Below are positions 49,431 to 61,625 of a stretch of 64,000 nt of DNA, in pieces. The position numbers and the translations under genes were made by a program. How positions within the stretch are numbered: position 1 is the stretch's first letter; each line of letters begins with the position of its first letter. Source of the DNA: Basidiobolus meristosporus CBS 931.73 (Eukaryota > Fungi > Basidiobolomycota); the NCBI GenBank assembly GCA_002104905.1, contig MCFE01000014.1, forward strand, positions 124,001 through 188,000. The letters are read 5' to 3'. The notes below the pieces were generated by a model, which saw only the letters and a list, made by a program, of their open reading frames with translations, was not told the DNA's origin and searched no databases.

Positions 49431-50606
49431 TCTGTGTAGGTTTCACTGTGAGGTTCTTGGGTTCAAATTTCTCTACGAAGGAGAGCGAGCTATCGGTGTA
49501 GGAAGTGAAAGCACTAGTATGATATACTACGAGAAATTGTAGATAATTACAAAATATTGCCAAGACGATAAAGGAAGTGAGTTCAAAGGGTCAAACAACG
49601 TCAAATATCTTCTCAGACTTGGAATAAGATAAGGATTCAAAAAGTCGGGGGAATTATGAACGTAGAGAAGACCAGATGACGGAACAAACCCAAGCTGGCA
49701 GTAGATGATAGAGCTATTCCAAGACGAGGTGGCTGGCTATTTAATCAAAACTACGCTGGACCAATCTTCTTCTTGATGCCCTTGCTGAGTTCAGTTGTTT
49801 TTGTTTTGCAAAGATTTGTTTGTTTTAAGGCTCTCGGTCATTTAATTGGTTAACTTGATCCTAGTGGCCAAACCCAAGTCTAGCCTATGCTTATTGTTAT
49901 CACAATGATTGTCACATATGAGTATACGGATCGTTTGGAGCGCCCAATGATAACCCAATAATCTGATCCCTTGATAAATTGTAAAAATATTCAAAAAAAC
50001 ACTGCTGTTGAATCGGCTCCTAGCGTACGAGATGCGTTTATAGATGGCAAACATATTTGTATGCCTACCTCAACTCTCTACAGTACTTGGGCAGTGTCCA
50101 GCAGACAGTTTCTACTCCCGTAAAAAAGAGCTTTGGAACTATGTAGCTTCTGGGTTTGGCGTCGTGTTGTGATGCCTAGAGAAAAATTGAGCTAAATGCA
50201 CCAACTACATATCTATACCCGCAGCTAAAGAGTTGACGATGCTTACAATTTCATTTTTTCGCACTCCAAATCATCTAACGAATGACCACGCGATCGACGT
50301 GACTTTCCCGAGGATATCACAATGGCCCGGTAACTCCAATCAAGGGAAATTGTTGTGTGGGTGCGTTACCTTCAAACTCTTGATTGCATTGTAATTTTAA
50401 CACAACTCAGTAGTCATATGTACCATTCTAACAATGAGGAAATTTCCGAGCGTAAAATTATCGGCGATAAAAATTTCCTATAGTTTTGTTGTGGCAATTT
50501 CACTAGTTAAGCATGATATCTGTTCCCACAGAATACTAAACTGTTCTCTCCCCTCTTTACCTTCATCAACACACTCCATTCCAAATTTAACTTCTGTGCC
50601 GCTGTG

Positions 50607-51266
50607 ATGTCTTCCGAACTTTCAGGTTCCACATCGATGGACTCCCTTTGGTCCTTGACTGGTGATTTTGACCTTAAAAATTCCCACAACCTAGCTGTGG
50701 CAAAATCAGTCAGTGAGAAGATGCTGGAAATCCAAAACAAACTTGAGGCCTTAAGTAAACCAGGTGAAAAATGCCTTTCATGATCTTATTTCCGCCGGCC
50801 AATACTAACCCATAGCCCTATAGTTGACCTCAATACCGAGGTTGATCCTACCCCCGAACTGAATACGCTGAAGGCGGAGTTGGAGCAGTTGAAAAAGGAA
50901 AATCAAACACTAATATTGCGCAACCAGCAGCTTACCAAAGAAAATCAAGAGATCGTAAGCCTGCTCAAAGAGCACGAGAAAACGTTGGATTTTGTTATGA
51001 GTAAATTTCGGTCACAGACTTTACAAACAAAAGAAGAGATTCAGACTGTTCATCAACAGTACAATACTTTGTTAGAACAGGAGAGAAGTCGCAACACTGA
51101 CATGGAGAAAGAAAATATCCACCTCAAAAACCAATTGGTAAAGCTGACTGAGGCTGTTAGAATCGCGGTCCGGGGTGATGACCTAGAAAATGAAGTCATC
51201 ATTGAGCAACTTCAAACCGAAAACCAGGCTTTGAGAGAGATGCTTGAGATTTCTGTTACAAAGTAG
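50607..51266 (+). CDS. SIKE/FGFR1OP2-like coiled-coil protein (STRIPAK subunit candidate), one intron
   Basis: ENQEIVSLLKEHEKTLDFVMSKFRSQ resembles the SIKE-family EN..L...LEEHQ.ALELIMSKYR.Q. C-terminal LQTENQALREML. Confidence 0.65.
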
Positions 51267-51962
51267 CTTTTTTATCCGCCTCTTTCACCCTTTCTTCTTC
51301 ATTTGGGCGATAGCTAAATCCGTCGACTCTAAGGAACAAGTCATTTTTTCATGTCACCTATTTCGCCAGAAATGTACATACAGCAAACCCACTCCTATGG
51401 CCATGTTCTAACTTTAGCCATAGAGAAATACCGACGGTGGCTATTGGAAGCGTTTACTTTTACCTGATGACATACATAAATAAATTCGATTAATCTCTCT
51501 CCAGCCTACCACCCTGCACACTGTCGGTCATGACTAAAGTCTGGTAATTAGTGGCCTGACAAGCTATTAGCAACGAAAAACACAACAGCAATTAGCCCAG
51601 ATGAAGTCATATGCTTGTAACTATAGCCATATATGCACAGGCATATCTTGTTGAAATTGACTTATCAGATTCGATAGATTAAATGCAATTTCCTTATCTT
51701 GATCCCCACACATGCCCAAGTATGGAGACCTGATTTTTCCGTTTGTATGCACCATATTTCGAGTCATTCCATATTTGACCTTAACTGGGGAAATCAGATA
51801 TGCAGACACGACTTGATGGCTTTAGATCATAAAGCAGTTAAAATCAAATGGTTTTAGACAGGAAAAAAAACTGATTATCCAATCAATACCACCTCTTGAT
51901 ATAAGTCGTTTGCTGGGAGCAGCTAGGGGTGTTTGTCTTTTCTACAGCGGCCTTATTGCATA

Positions 51963-53741
51963 ATGTCTGGTCAGGATACTGAGTCTCGTAAGCGCGTCCG
52001 TACCGCCGCACCGGTCGTGGACTGCTTCTATCCAAACTTGCTGTCCCAGGAAAACTCTCAACGACTTGCCAAGGAGTACGCGGAATCCAAGCCTTACTTG
52101 TATTGTAAAATCGACAAGTTAATTGACGAGGAGCTGTTAAGAAAGGTTCGAGAGGAGATTCTCACCAAGCTCCATTTCACAGTGAAGGAGACTGACATCT
52201 ACAAGGTAATTTGAATGTGGCAGTTTCGTTGCGGTAAGCCAACTTACGAGAAACAAACATCTTCCAGGTATGCCAAACTGGTGACTTGGCCAACCTCGAT
52301 GGCCTTCCTGCTCACGAGCTAGCTCAGCTGTCCTCCTTGCATCAGCTTCGTAACGCCATTTACTCCGAGGAATTCCGTAAATTCATATCGGACGTAACTG
52401 GATGTGGCCCATTATCCAGCTCGAAAACTGACCTGAGCACAAACATCTATCGAAACGGCTCCCATCTTCTCAACCACGATGACGTTATTGGGACTAGACG
52501 TGTCTCCTACATTTTGTACTTAACTGACCCCGATGAACCTTGGAAGCCAGAAGATGGTGGTGCCCTAGAATTGTATCCTGTGTTGGAGAAAGGAACACCT
52601 GCCGTTAGTCCAACTGTTTCTATTCCGCCTCAGTGGAATCAAATGGTATTCTTTACTGTCCAACCAGGCCATTCATTTCATTCCGTCGAAGAGGTAGTCG
52701 TTGACAAGCCAAGGTTGAGCGTTTCTGGTTGGTTCCATATTCCTCAAGAAGGGGAGGAGGGTTACCAAGCGGAAAAACAAGAAGGAGAGGCGCCATCCTC
52801 GTTACAACAGTTACAGGTTAGCATTGTGAATTCAGGGTAGCTTTCCATCCACATACTAACATAACTCATACTTTTCTCATTAGGAAACTGCCGATGCATT
52901 AAATCCATTCAAGCAATACACCGAAGAAGTTGGACCGGAGGCTTTAGACGGGCTATTAGAGGAGGATATTTCTGTGCTCTCAAAATGGTTGAATGTCAAA
53001 TACTTGGACATTAACATTCTTCGACAAGTCTCCGAAAAATTTGTCGAGGAATCATCCATTCAACTGGTTGACTTTCTGAATGAGGCGTTTGCCAAGGAGC
53101 TGCTACAGGCCACCTTGGAGGCCGATACGCAAGACGAGCTCACCTTGCCCAAAATTCCCAAACATGGAACTGGTGAGCGTGGGAAATGGAAGGTTATGGG
53201 TCCTGCTCACAAGCACCGTTTCCTAGCGATTGATTCCTCTCTGCCCGAAGATGGTGATAAAGCTACCGAGTACATGGACCAGCTTCAAGCTTCCCTTTTC
53301 TCGTCAGCAGCATTCAGACGTTGGTTGGCTTTGGTCACACAGTTAACCGTTAAAGGATACCGTGGATACGCACGTCGCATGCGTCCAGGCCTGGATTACA
53401 CATTAGCAACCGCAGACACATGCCGTTCGATTTTAGATGCCACTCTCTGTCTCGCTACCACACCCGACTCTCGTGCGGTGGACTTGTGGGAGGGCGATGA
53501 AGTAGGTGGTTACGAGTGCTATATGGCGCAGGATGCTGACGAAGACCCAGCAGTATATAAATCGGCCGCGCCAGATGAAGATGGCGCTTTGCTGACAATC
53601 TCAGCTGGATGTAATGTACTGAGCTTGGTCCTGAGAGATGAGGAAGTGATGAAATTCACGAAGTACATCAGTAGCCTAGCACCTGGATCACGATGGGACG
53701 TTGCATTTGAGTATGAGCTCCCTGCCGAAGAATGCGACTAA
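51963..53741 (+). CDS. TPA1: uS12 prolyl hydroxylase Tpa1/OGFOD1 (2 introns)
   Basis: [16 protein letters not shown] (HxD), FHSVEEV, RLSVSGW and an Ofd1 C-terminal domain. Confidence 0.93.
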
Positions 53742-54324
53742 TCTTCGACATCAATCTTCACTGTTTATAAATAGGGATCTCATCGTAGTCTACATAGATC
53801 TAAACATATTACAGACATTGCAATTGTACCCAACCCTAGGCAGTAATAAATTGGGGACTATCACAATCTCATTTGCACCATGATTCTCAGCGTAATGAGT
53901 GTTCGAATGGAGCTGTTTGCCAAGGCGGAACACTGACCATTTCGATGGGGTCGGCATCATCAGGATATATGGGGTGACCTCAGCAACCAATCTGGGGGCT
54001 GAGGGTCTGGGGGACTGTCTATGGAGGGCATTCGTTGCGCCTGAGAGGAGGACTTGATTTTGGGTGCTGCGGATCGGAGTAGACGATATTCCAGAGGTTT
54101 AAGCAAGCCCGGTTAAGTTAATCCAATCTAAAAACCGAATCGAGCATTGATGGGGATGGTAGCTTCACAAATTCTGGGGAAATTAGCGAATGCAAGGGGT
54201 GTGTGCAGACTTGAAATATGTGAGGTTTGGAATCTCTGAAGGATTTACGTTATTGGTGCACCTGCTGATTGTCTTCTTTTATCTGCTCTTCAGTATTCAG
54301 AACTCTTTGTACCTGTAGTTTACC

Positions 54325-55014
54325 ATGAACTTCCTTACCAGAACCACCAGAGTGATCAGACCTGCTCGTTTCGGTATGCATTTTGTTTCTTTTTCTTTCT
54401 GAGGATGGGGATCAGCTTGCTCTGGCTTTCATCCTCTCCCTAGATCGTTACCGAAGCAAACCTCCCGCATCTTCAACTTGTGGACTAACCTACAGATATT
54501 ATCCATACAGCCCTCCGTAGCTATGCTACCGACGCCCCCGCCGTTAACGACAAGCTCGTGTTAAATTTCGTTCTTCCTCATCAAGTATAATTCCCGCATA
54601 TAGCTTCACCACGACCTCTGGCTCAACCGCCTTTTTCTGTAGGTTCTCTTCAAGAAGACCACCGTTCAACAAGTCAACCTTGCCTCCACCTCTGGTGACA
54701 TGGGTATCTTGGCCAACCACGTCCCCTCAATTGAGCAACTTCGTCCCGGAATTGTCGAGGTCATCACCGAGCAAAACACTCAGAAATGGTTCGTTAGTGG
54801 AGGCTTCGCCGTTGTTAACCCTGATTCTACTCTTAACATCAACGCGGTCGAGGCTTTCCCCTTGGAGGAGTTCAGCCCTGAGGCCGTTAAGGAAGGCCTT
54901 GATAGAGCCAACCAAGTCTTGGGCTCCAACGCTTCCGAGCAGGAGAAGGTTGTTGCCAAGATTGAACAGGAAGTCTTTGAGGCTCTTCAGTCAGCAGTTG
55001 GAAAGTCTGCTTAA
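54325..55014 (+). CDS. ATP16: Mitochondrial F1-ATPase delta subunit, multi-exon
   Basis: Presequence, LNFVLPHQ, SGDMGILANHVPSIEQLRPG and FVSGGFA. Confidence 0.95.
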
Positions 55015-55237
55015 ACAAAGAATAACGAGCATGCTCATGTTGTGATCCCATTATTCTTTCATTAAAATCTCAAACCTCATTCTTACACTTTCATCGCCTT
55101 TTGAATTTGCATCCAAACGGAATGTCTTCAATTGAACTAATAAAGATTTCCACCAATCCACCGAAATCATGTACGAAACTGGAAGTTTATTGCGCTGGGA
55201 CATAGCAGTTGAATACTTATATACATGGTCACATCGC

Positions 55238-56240
55238 TCACGAATCCCGATTGATTTTCCTGTAAACTAAGGCAGCCAATACTGTGGTAAAGAGAATGAT
55301 AAGAATATCGAATGTTGCGGTAGAGAGCGTCCTACGTCTATGATGCACGGGAGGCTGTGGGTTGCCAGCACTGCTGGGCCTCGGCTGCGCTGCTACTGCT
55401 GCTGCGGAGGCAGGCAGAGTAGTAGTGGGAGTGTTGGCTACGGTGGCATTCACGTCTTCTTTGTGAGCAGTCATGGGCGGTTGTCTACCGGCAGACACCC
55501 CTTCAGAGTTTGAAAGTGGAGAGGTGCTGTTGTCTTGGGATTTTGCGGCTTGAGCTTGCTTTATCTGATCAGCAGATTGCACAGAGAAGTTCAGCTTTGC
55601 CAACTCCTCTTTAGCTTTTCTATCGTTATTGCTTTGGCTTGTAGAGCCACTTTCATTTTTGTCTTTTTCTTGCAATACTTCTTTCATCTTGCAGCCGCAG
55701 ATCTCACACTCCCAATTTGCAGATTTTTTGGCGATTATTCTTCTGTCTTCGTCGGAACAATCCAAAGCACCAATGGCCCCTTCACCGTGGGTAGGCATGA
55801 AGCTTATTAACGCCAATAGTGCTAATCTGATGCCCCAGACCGGTTGCCAGAATTCAGGGTGATATCCAGTTATGCTTAGGCAAATTTTCTTGTTTACTTC
55901 AAAACGGCCATTGGGGGTGAGGAGCATAATATTTGGTGGCTTGAAGGGGTATTCGAAAGGCAAGAGGAGTCGCCCGTGATATCTCCCTCCTTCGAAAGGT
56001 GTACCAGCAGGGCCGCGTAAAGTAAAATGCCAGTCAAATATGTTTGAATCTAATGGGGCAGCTGTAAATTCGGCGGAAGGGTCTTTTTCAAGTTCAGCCA
56101 GCTCACGCATTATGCGCTTTACCGCTACAAAATAAAAGGTGGAGATAAAAAACTGGCTACTTGTGTGAAACTCCACCAGATGGTCGCTTACCTGGACTTT
56201 TTCTGCTGTAATGAGAAGCAATTTGGGAGGGATCTGACAT
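55238..56240 (-). CDS. UBC6: ER tail-anchored ubiquitin-conjugating enzyme Ubc6/UBE2J (one intron)
   Basis: AVKRIMREL, PNGRFEVNKKICLSITGYHPE and a C-terminal TM helix. ATG at 56240. Confidence 0.93.
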
Positions 56241-58371
56241 GATGCTCAGTTGTTACTTCCAAGTAGCAAAAGTCAAACAAGAGCGGAAAAGTTGAAAAGT
56301 CACACTGAACATTTACCGAGATTAAATAATTAGCCTTGTATTAAGCAATGAATAATGCGAGCTCCATCACGCTCAGGTGACCACCTCATGTAGTAAGGAG
56401 TTGTTAAATATCAGTGGCTATTATCCATTGGTTACATGAGGGTTTCATTTGGAACATCCTTGCCAAATATATGCATTTCGCTTGCAACCATTGTATTTCA
56501 AAAATTCAGGGAAATTAGTTGCTTAGAATAACATTCCTTGGTTATATTGAAGTATGATGTGAACTTCTATGCTTACTGGTACAATTACTGATGTGATTCT
56601 TTTCATAGAAGTTCCATTCACATGCCATATTCGCAACACATGCGCACCAAATAAACGAGATGGGTTGATTAGGCTGCCTTGCATCCTGTCAGCAAACTCA
56701 ATTCTCGTTCCGATCATGGATTGAATTTGAATGCTATTAGTTACTATCAAGCATCTCTATCCTATCTGCATCCATATTAAGAATTCAAGAAGTGTATCAG
56801 TACGAACCTGGTATTCTTTTAAGCCTTCATATAAGATAATGCTTAATATACTGTTAATACGCCTAGCGCCAAAGTCAAAGCGTTTTGCTCATAGTGAAAA
56901 ATCACCAAGGACATACTATGCTTTGGTGCTTAATCTGGAATGTTTTCTTATTTGAGTTCTTAGAAGGGCCAAGTGTTGTTACTTGATAGTATATTGAGTA
57001 GCATATATACACTAAGTAGGGCTATGTATGCAATATCCATCATAAGCATAGGTAGAAATGCTGCTTGGTTGATAAAGTCTGTTTGGCACCCAGACAATTC
57101 ATAAAAATCTTGCTTGATTTTTTTATGGTATCCATACCTTTTCAATATGGTCTTGTAACGGTATTTCACCCCATGCGCAACCAAAAATTTCGTATTTCTC
57201 ACAACTTCTCGGAAAGCTAGTAGCGGGACTTCTTACTGTGCTAATGAATGGTGTATATAATAGCCGATACACGGTATTGTGCTTAAGTTTGGTCCTTAAT
57301 CCTCATTCTTGAAAAGTTCAAAGTTCAATGCAAGTTCGCATCTTGATGATGTCAATCAAAATTTTCTGATAGAGATGACTAGGCATGGATATTGAGTGCC
57401 ACAACCATTAGCTTAGAGATTTCAATGGTATGAGCATTCACTTGGCTAACTGCTGGCAGTGGAAACTTAGGTGATTTGGAGTATGTAGAAGAAAGTATGG
57501 TTTTTCAATTATCAATGCATTGAACTAAAATAAAGAACTTATACTTCTGAGAGCTCTGTCAATATCATGATAGGAATAACTGGAAGAAGACCCCAGGAAG
57601 TTTGGCGTCTTTTAAAATATCGATATCTTCCAGTAGTTTCACTATTTCCAGGAGTTGGTAAATGCCATACTTTACTGATTATCAAATGAATGCCATTTAC
57701 TTGGGATTGACCAAGTACCACATCTTAGATATACAAATGGTGAGTGTTGACCTAATAATTTGCAAGAATATAGACTAACTCCTAAAAACTATTGAAATTT
57801 CCATTTAATCCAAATGACTTGAGACGTAGAAGCCAAGCTGACAAAGTAATTACACTACAGAATTAATTTGCCAGGAGTTTATCAAAACTGACTTATGAAT
57901 AAGCATTCTTCATATCTTTATGCTATACGCTGTTTTTAGGCGAAAAGCGGGCTGCTACAGGTATTTATTCTGCCTATACACCGAGGGTGATATTGGTGAC
58001 CTCCTCAATCGTTTGAAAGGTTTCTCGGACTCTCAAAATATCATCAACTAGCAGTGACCTATTGATATCTCTGGGTGGTCCTCATAACTCAAATAGTCAA
58101 CCTTTTGAGAATGCTGATCATATAACAGGGGCAAGGAGTGAACTGATGGAATCCCAGAGACATCTACCTAGAGGTCGGCCTCTTCAGATGGACTCAAGTA
58201 TGGAGTCGACGTCCAGTGGAACAACTAACAGGTGTACATTAGCTCTAATACTGCAGATTATGGGTAGCTTTTTTAATCTCCTAGCAAGGAATTCGAAGAA
58301 CATATCAAGATAAACCACCAAATTTAAGTGTCTTTCTACATCAAGTAGTAAGATATTTATTGCCTAGACCG

Positions 58372-58914
58372 CTAACGCGTAAACAAGTTGAATACATCGC
58401 AAATCTCTTGAAGTCTCTTTGGACCATCTGGCAGGATTGGGAATTTCTTACGGAACTCCTTCGCTGGCGGACATTCTAGACATGTACTATATATCGCTGT
58501 CACTTTCGGATTACAAAGACATTTCTGAATCCTAGATGCCTCAAATTTTATCGGCGCCTTAAAAATATGAACGCAGTTGGGAAGAATTGTCTTCATGCAT
58601 TGCACACATTGCGGAGAGGTGAATACTCGTGTAAGTGTGTTTGGCGGAAGGTCTGATACTCTTGGACCAAGACTGCCTGCTACTGTTGCGAGTCCTCTTC
58701 CTACCCCAAGGCCAACGGTTCCAAGCGTCCGTCCAAGACCTCGCCCAACCCCGCCGCCAACGGTCCTGAAAGTCTGTCCAATACCAAGGCCGATATTGTT
58801 CCCCAATTTCGTGAAAGAACGATTGAGACCATCAAAGATGCCGGGGCTGGGCTCAGGATAGGCGTGGCAGAATCCAACAAGCAAGAATAGAAATGCGTAT
58901 CTTAGTAACAACAT
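58372..58914 (-). CDS. Small secreted cationic protein A (180 aa): Gly-rich repeats + 8-Cys domain
   Basis: Signal peptide MLLLRYAFLFLLVGFCHA, intronless, paralogous to 59359-59853. Confidence 0.82.
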   Translation of the reverse strand: MLLLRYAFLFLLVGFCHAYPEPSPGIFDGLNRSFTKLGNNIGLGIGQTFRTVGGGVGRGLGRTLGTVGLGVGRGLATVAGSLGPRVSDLPPNTLTRVFTSPQCVQCMKTILPNCVHIFKAPIKFEASRIQKCLCNPKVTAIYSTCLECPPAKEFRKKFPILPDGPKRLQEICDVFNLFTR

Positions 58915-59358
58915 GCCCTTTGAAGATTCTATCCCAGCAAAATGTGGATTCTGAACTTGATCTAGAGCGAAGTAGCGGCATATAACTGATAGAGGAGTGT
59001 CACAATCATGCTGTATCTATCACATTGTATTGAATAAGTTTCAGTAATGCGCATGTACAATACCTGCAGAATGGATCGGTGGACGGTAAGCCACGGATAT
59101 GGATGGCGGATTTGTGGATGTATCAGACGGATGAGCTGATGACAAGCTGACATTTAATACGCTTACAAAACCAATGAACGGCTTACAGTATCTCTCGCTG
59201 GTTGATGCGCAACCAGTTACAATCTCGTTTAAAAAGTAGCTTTAAGGCTAGAGTCTTCCACACACTGGCTTTTTGTACGACAATTAGCTGCAACACATTA
59301 TGTAGAACGCATGGATTTCATGATTTATTGTCTGTAGATACCGGCATACAAATCCACT

Positions 59359-59853
59359 TCAAACAATTGTTCCTAATACATCACATATGTTTTTGACCAC
59401 CAGAGTACTGCGAGGTGTATACTCTGACTTCATCAGAACATCTCTGACGTATTTGCATTTAAAGCATGAATCCAGTCTAGAGTATACTGATGGGTTGCAG
59501 AAACTCCGATGGACTTTCTTTAAAGCCTTGAGATCTGGAGGGTTCTTCTTCATGTCGATACCCTTGAAAGTTTGGGACATGGTGCGAAACTGTGAGGTAA
59601 ATAACGCAACACACGGTCCACAGGATGGTAGAGCACCAATCGCTTTAAACGTAAAGCCAACTCCTTTTGTGACACCAGTGAGAGTTCGTCCGAGTCCTCT
59701 GCCAAGCCCCTGGATAGATCGTCCAAGGCCCCGGCTTGCACTTTGTAAAGAGTGCCCCAAATCGGTAAAAACATTCGGGTCTGGCCCGGGATTTGGGGAA
59801 GCAAAACAACAACTGATGAATAGAAGCGTAATGGCCTGTCTAAGCAGCATCAT
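59359..59853 (-). CDS. Small secreted cationic protein B (164 aa): Gly-rich repeats + 6-Cys domain
   Basis: Signal peptide MMLLRQAITLLFISCCFA from ATG 59853. Shares GRGLGRTL, CNP, CxxC and ICDV with protein A. Confidence 0.82.
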   Translation of the reverse strand: MMLLRQAITLLFISCCFASPNPGPDPNVFTDLGHSLQSASRGLGRSIQGLGRGLGRTLTGVTKGVGFTFKAIGALPSCGPCVALFTSQFRTMSQTFKGIDMKKNPPDLKALKKVHRSFCNPSVYSRLDSCFKCKYVRDVLMKSEYTPRSTLVVKNICDVLGTIV

Positions 59854-60985
59854 GATCCCGTACTCAGCGATTAAGGTCCAACAATGGTATTTATCAGAGC
59901 CTGGAAAGTGACACAGCCACAGTGAGTTGACTCCAGCAACCGGAGACATTTAAAAACGTGTCCAGCCATGAAATTAACTGCTCTATCAATATCATAGGTA
60001 ATTGACTAGGGCAGCTTCAAACATAACTTCAGGCACCGTTTTACTATGACCCAGGCCAATAGAACCTGGATCAGATGAAACGCGCATAGAGCATCGCCCC
60101 TCCATCTGAAGGACATCGATTGTATCAAATCGTAGCTAGCAGATATGAGGCATCGGATCATGGTCCATATAATTTTCCATTGGTACATGAGTTATAGCGC
60201 AGTGAACGCACAACAAAATACTCAGCTGAACAAGGAGTCACTGGCGACAGTGTTATGTTGCATTGTGTGGACAGCCAACGATACTGGTATTATGCGCCAA
60301 ACCTATTCTCTCTCCTGATCGGTAAACCCAGATTTAGTCACGCGCTAGATTAGAGATCCATCAGGTTTGAAATTAGCTTCAAATATGTAGGTATTTGAGT
60401 TAGCACAATTGGTCAGAAACATTTACTTCCCACTATACACTCTCTTACCTGCGCACATGAATCAACTTTTACTTTTAGGTATTTAGGATCTATTCTTGCT
60501 AGCAAAGACTCCAATACATGTAATATCTACAGATATCACCATATAACACTATCACAGGACTTATTGAAAGTTCATTGCAAGCTTAAGAGAGTAGTGATAA
60601 ATGTCATCTAATGAAACATGTACAGTGGAGAGTACGTATGCTGGCTTTGATAGCCTTTGATTGAACATCATAAACATAGTCTTGTCATGACTGTAAGTAC
60701 TTCCCATATTACCCCTGAATGTTATCAGGGAATCTGATCCCCTTACCACTCGTACCCTTTTTAGGGTGAACAAAAACCAGTAAATAGTGTTTGGTCACAC
60801 ACAGAGAATAATGATTACATTATGTGTAGCGATTAGTGTGGATAGTGCCCTACTGAGAATATCCCAGCAAAATTTCGGTAAATACAGTGCAGTTTGGAGT
60901 TGATTTCGTAGTAACTATTCAAATACAATTCACTAATCTCCTTGCAGAGTAAAATCTTGTAAGTTTTATATTTATACCCAATTAT

Positions 60986-61315
60986 TGTTGTAAAAATTCG
61001 TAATTCCACCCAAGTATTCACCTAACTTAGTCACTCGGATCATTACCTAAAAATCCTAGAGAATTCTGACCAAATTCCCTATCGGGATTTACTTGGAATA
61101 TTACCCAGAACATAAAATATCTCAAAGTTGTCCAAACAACCCCAAACTTTACACACATGTTCTTGGGGCCTTCCTAAACATATTCTACGTGTTTTTTTGC
61201 CAAGGCCTTGTAAAAATAAAAATACCGCTTATTCATTCAATAAATCATCAAGTGAAAACCAAATAATCTACTTGTTCTCCCAATCACTTCCAATATCTCC
61301 AAAACTCTTATAACA
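60986..61315 (+). mobile_element. Copia solo LTR (diverged)
   Basis: TGTTGTA...TATAACA, same family as the LTRs at 1-25 kb. Imperfect TSD ATTAT/GTTAT. Confidence 0.85.
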
Positions 61316-61334
61316 GTTATTACATTGACTTGTC

Positions 61335-61625
61335 ACCTAGATAATAGCCTTGAGCCTTAATAGCTCCTGCCCAAGTTCCTTGTTGGGACTAAGAATATTT
61401 GCACCAAAACGTTGGTACCCAGAACATGAGAGTTCTCAAAGTTGCCCAAAAGCCACCAAACTATCAACACATGTTCCTAAGATCTTCCTCAGTACTTGGG
61501 ACCTTCCTAAACACATTATACGCACTTTTCTGCCTAGACTATATCAAAGTATAAATACCACCTTTACATTCAGCATGTCATTAAGTGAAAACCAGGTAAG
61601 CCACCTCTACACCCAGTCACTTTGG
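61335..61625 (+). repeat. Degenerate Copia LTR relic
   Basis: LTR motifs GGTACCCAGAACATG, AAAGTATAAATAC and TCATTAAGTGAAAACC. Ends uncertain. Confidence 0.65.

Noticed and set aside
53790-54120. Possible small minus-strand gene between TPA1 and ATP16
   Set aside because: No consistent start or splice structure and no homology recognised.
25500-56300. tRNA, rRNA, snRNA genes or U12-type introns in intergenic or intronic DNA
   Set aside because: No cloverleaf, rRNA similarity or RTATCCTT donor found by eye. The introns I inspected were GT-AG. A covariance-model search would be needed to exclude small ncRNAs.
56400-57800. Possible degenerate transposase or RT relic
   Set aside because: AT-rich with short frames only; no convincing catalytic motifs, TIRs or TSDs.
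60006-60188. 60-aa hydrophobic, cationic ORF as a third secreted paralog
   Set aside because: No signal peptide, Gly repeats or matching Cys spacing; likely the upstream region of gene B.
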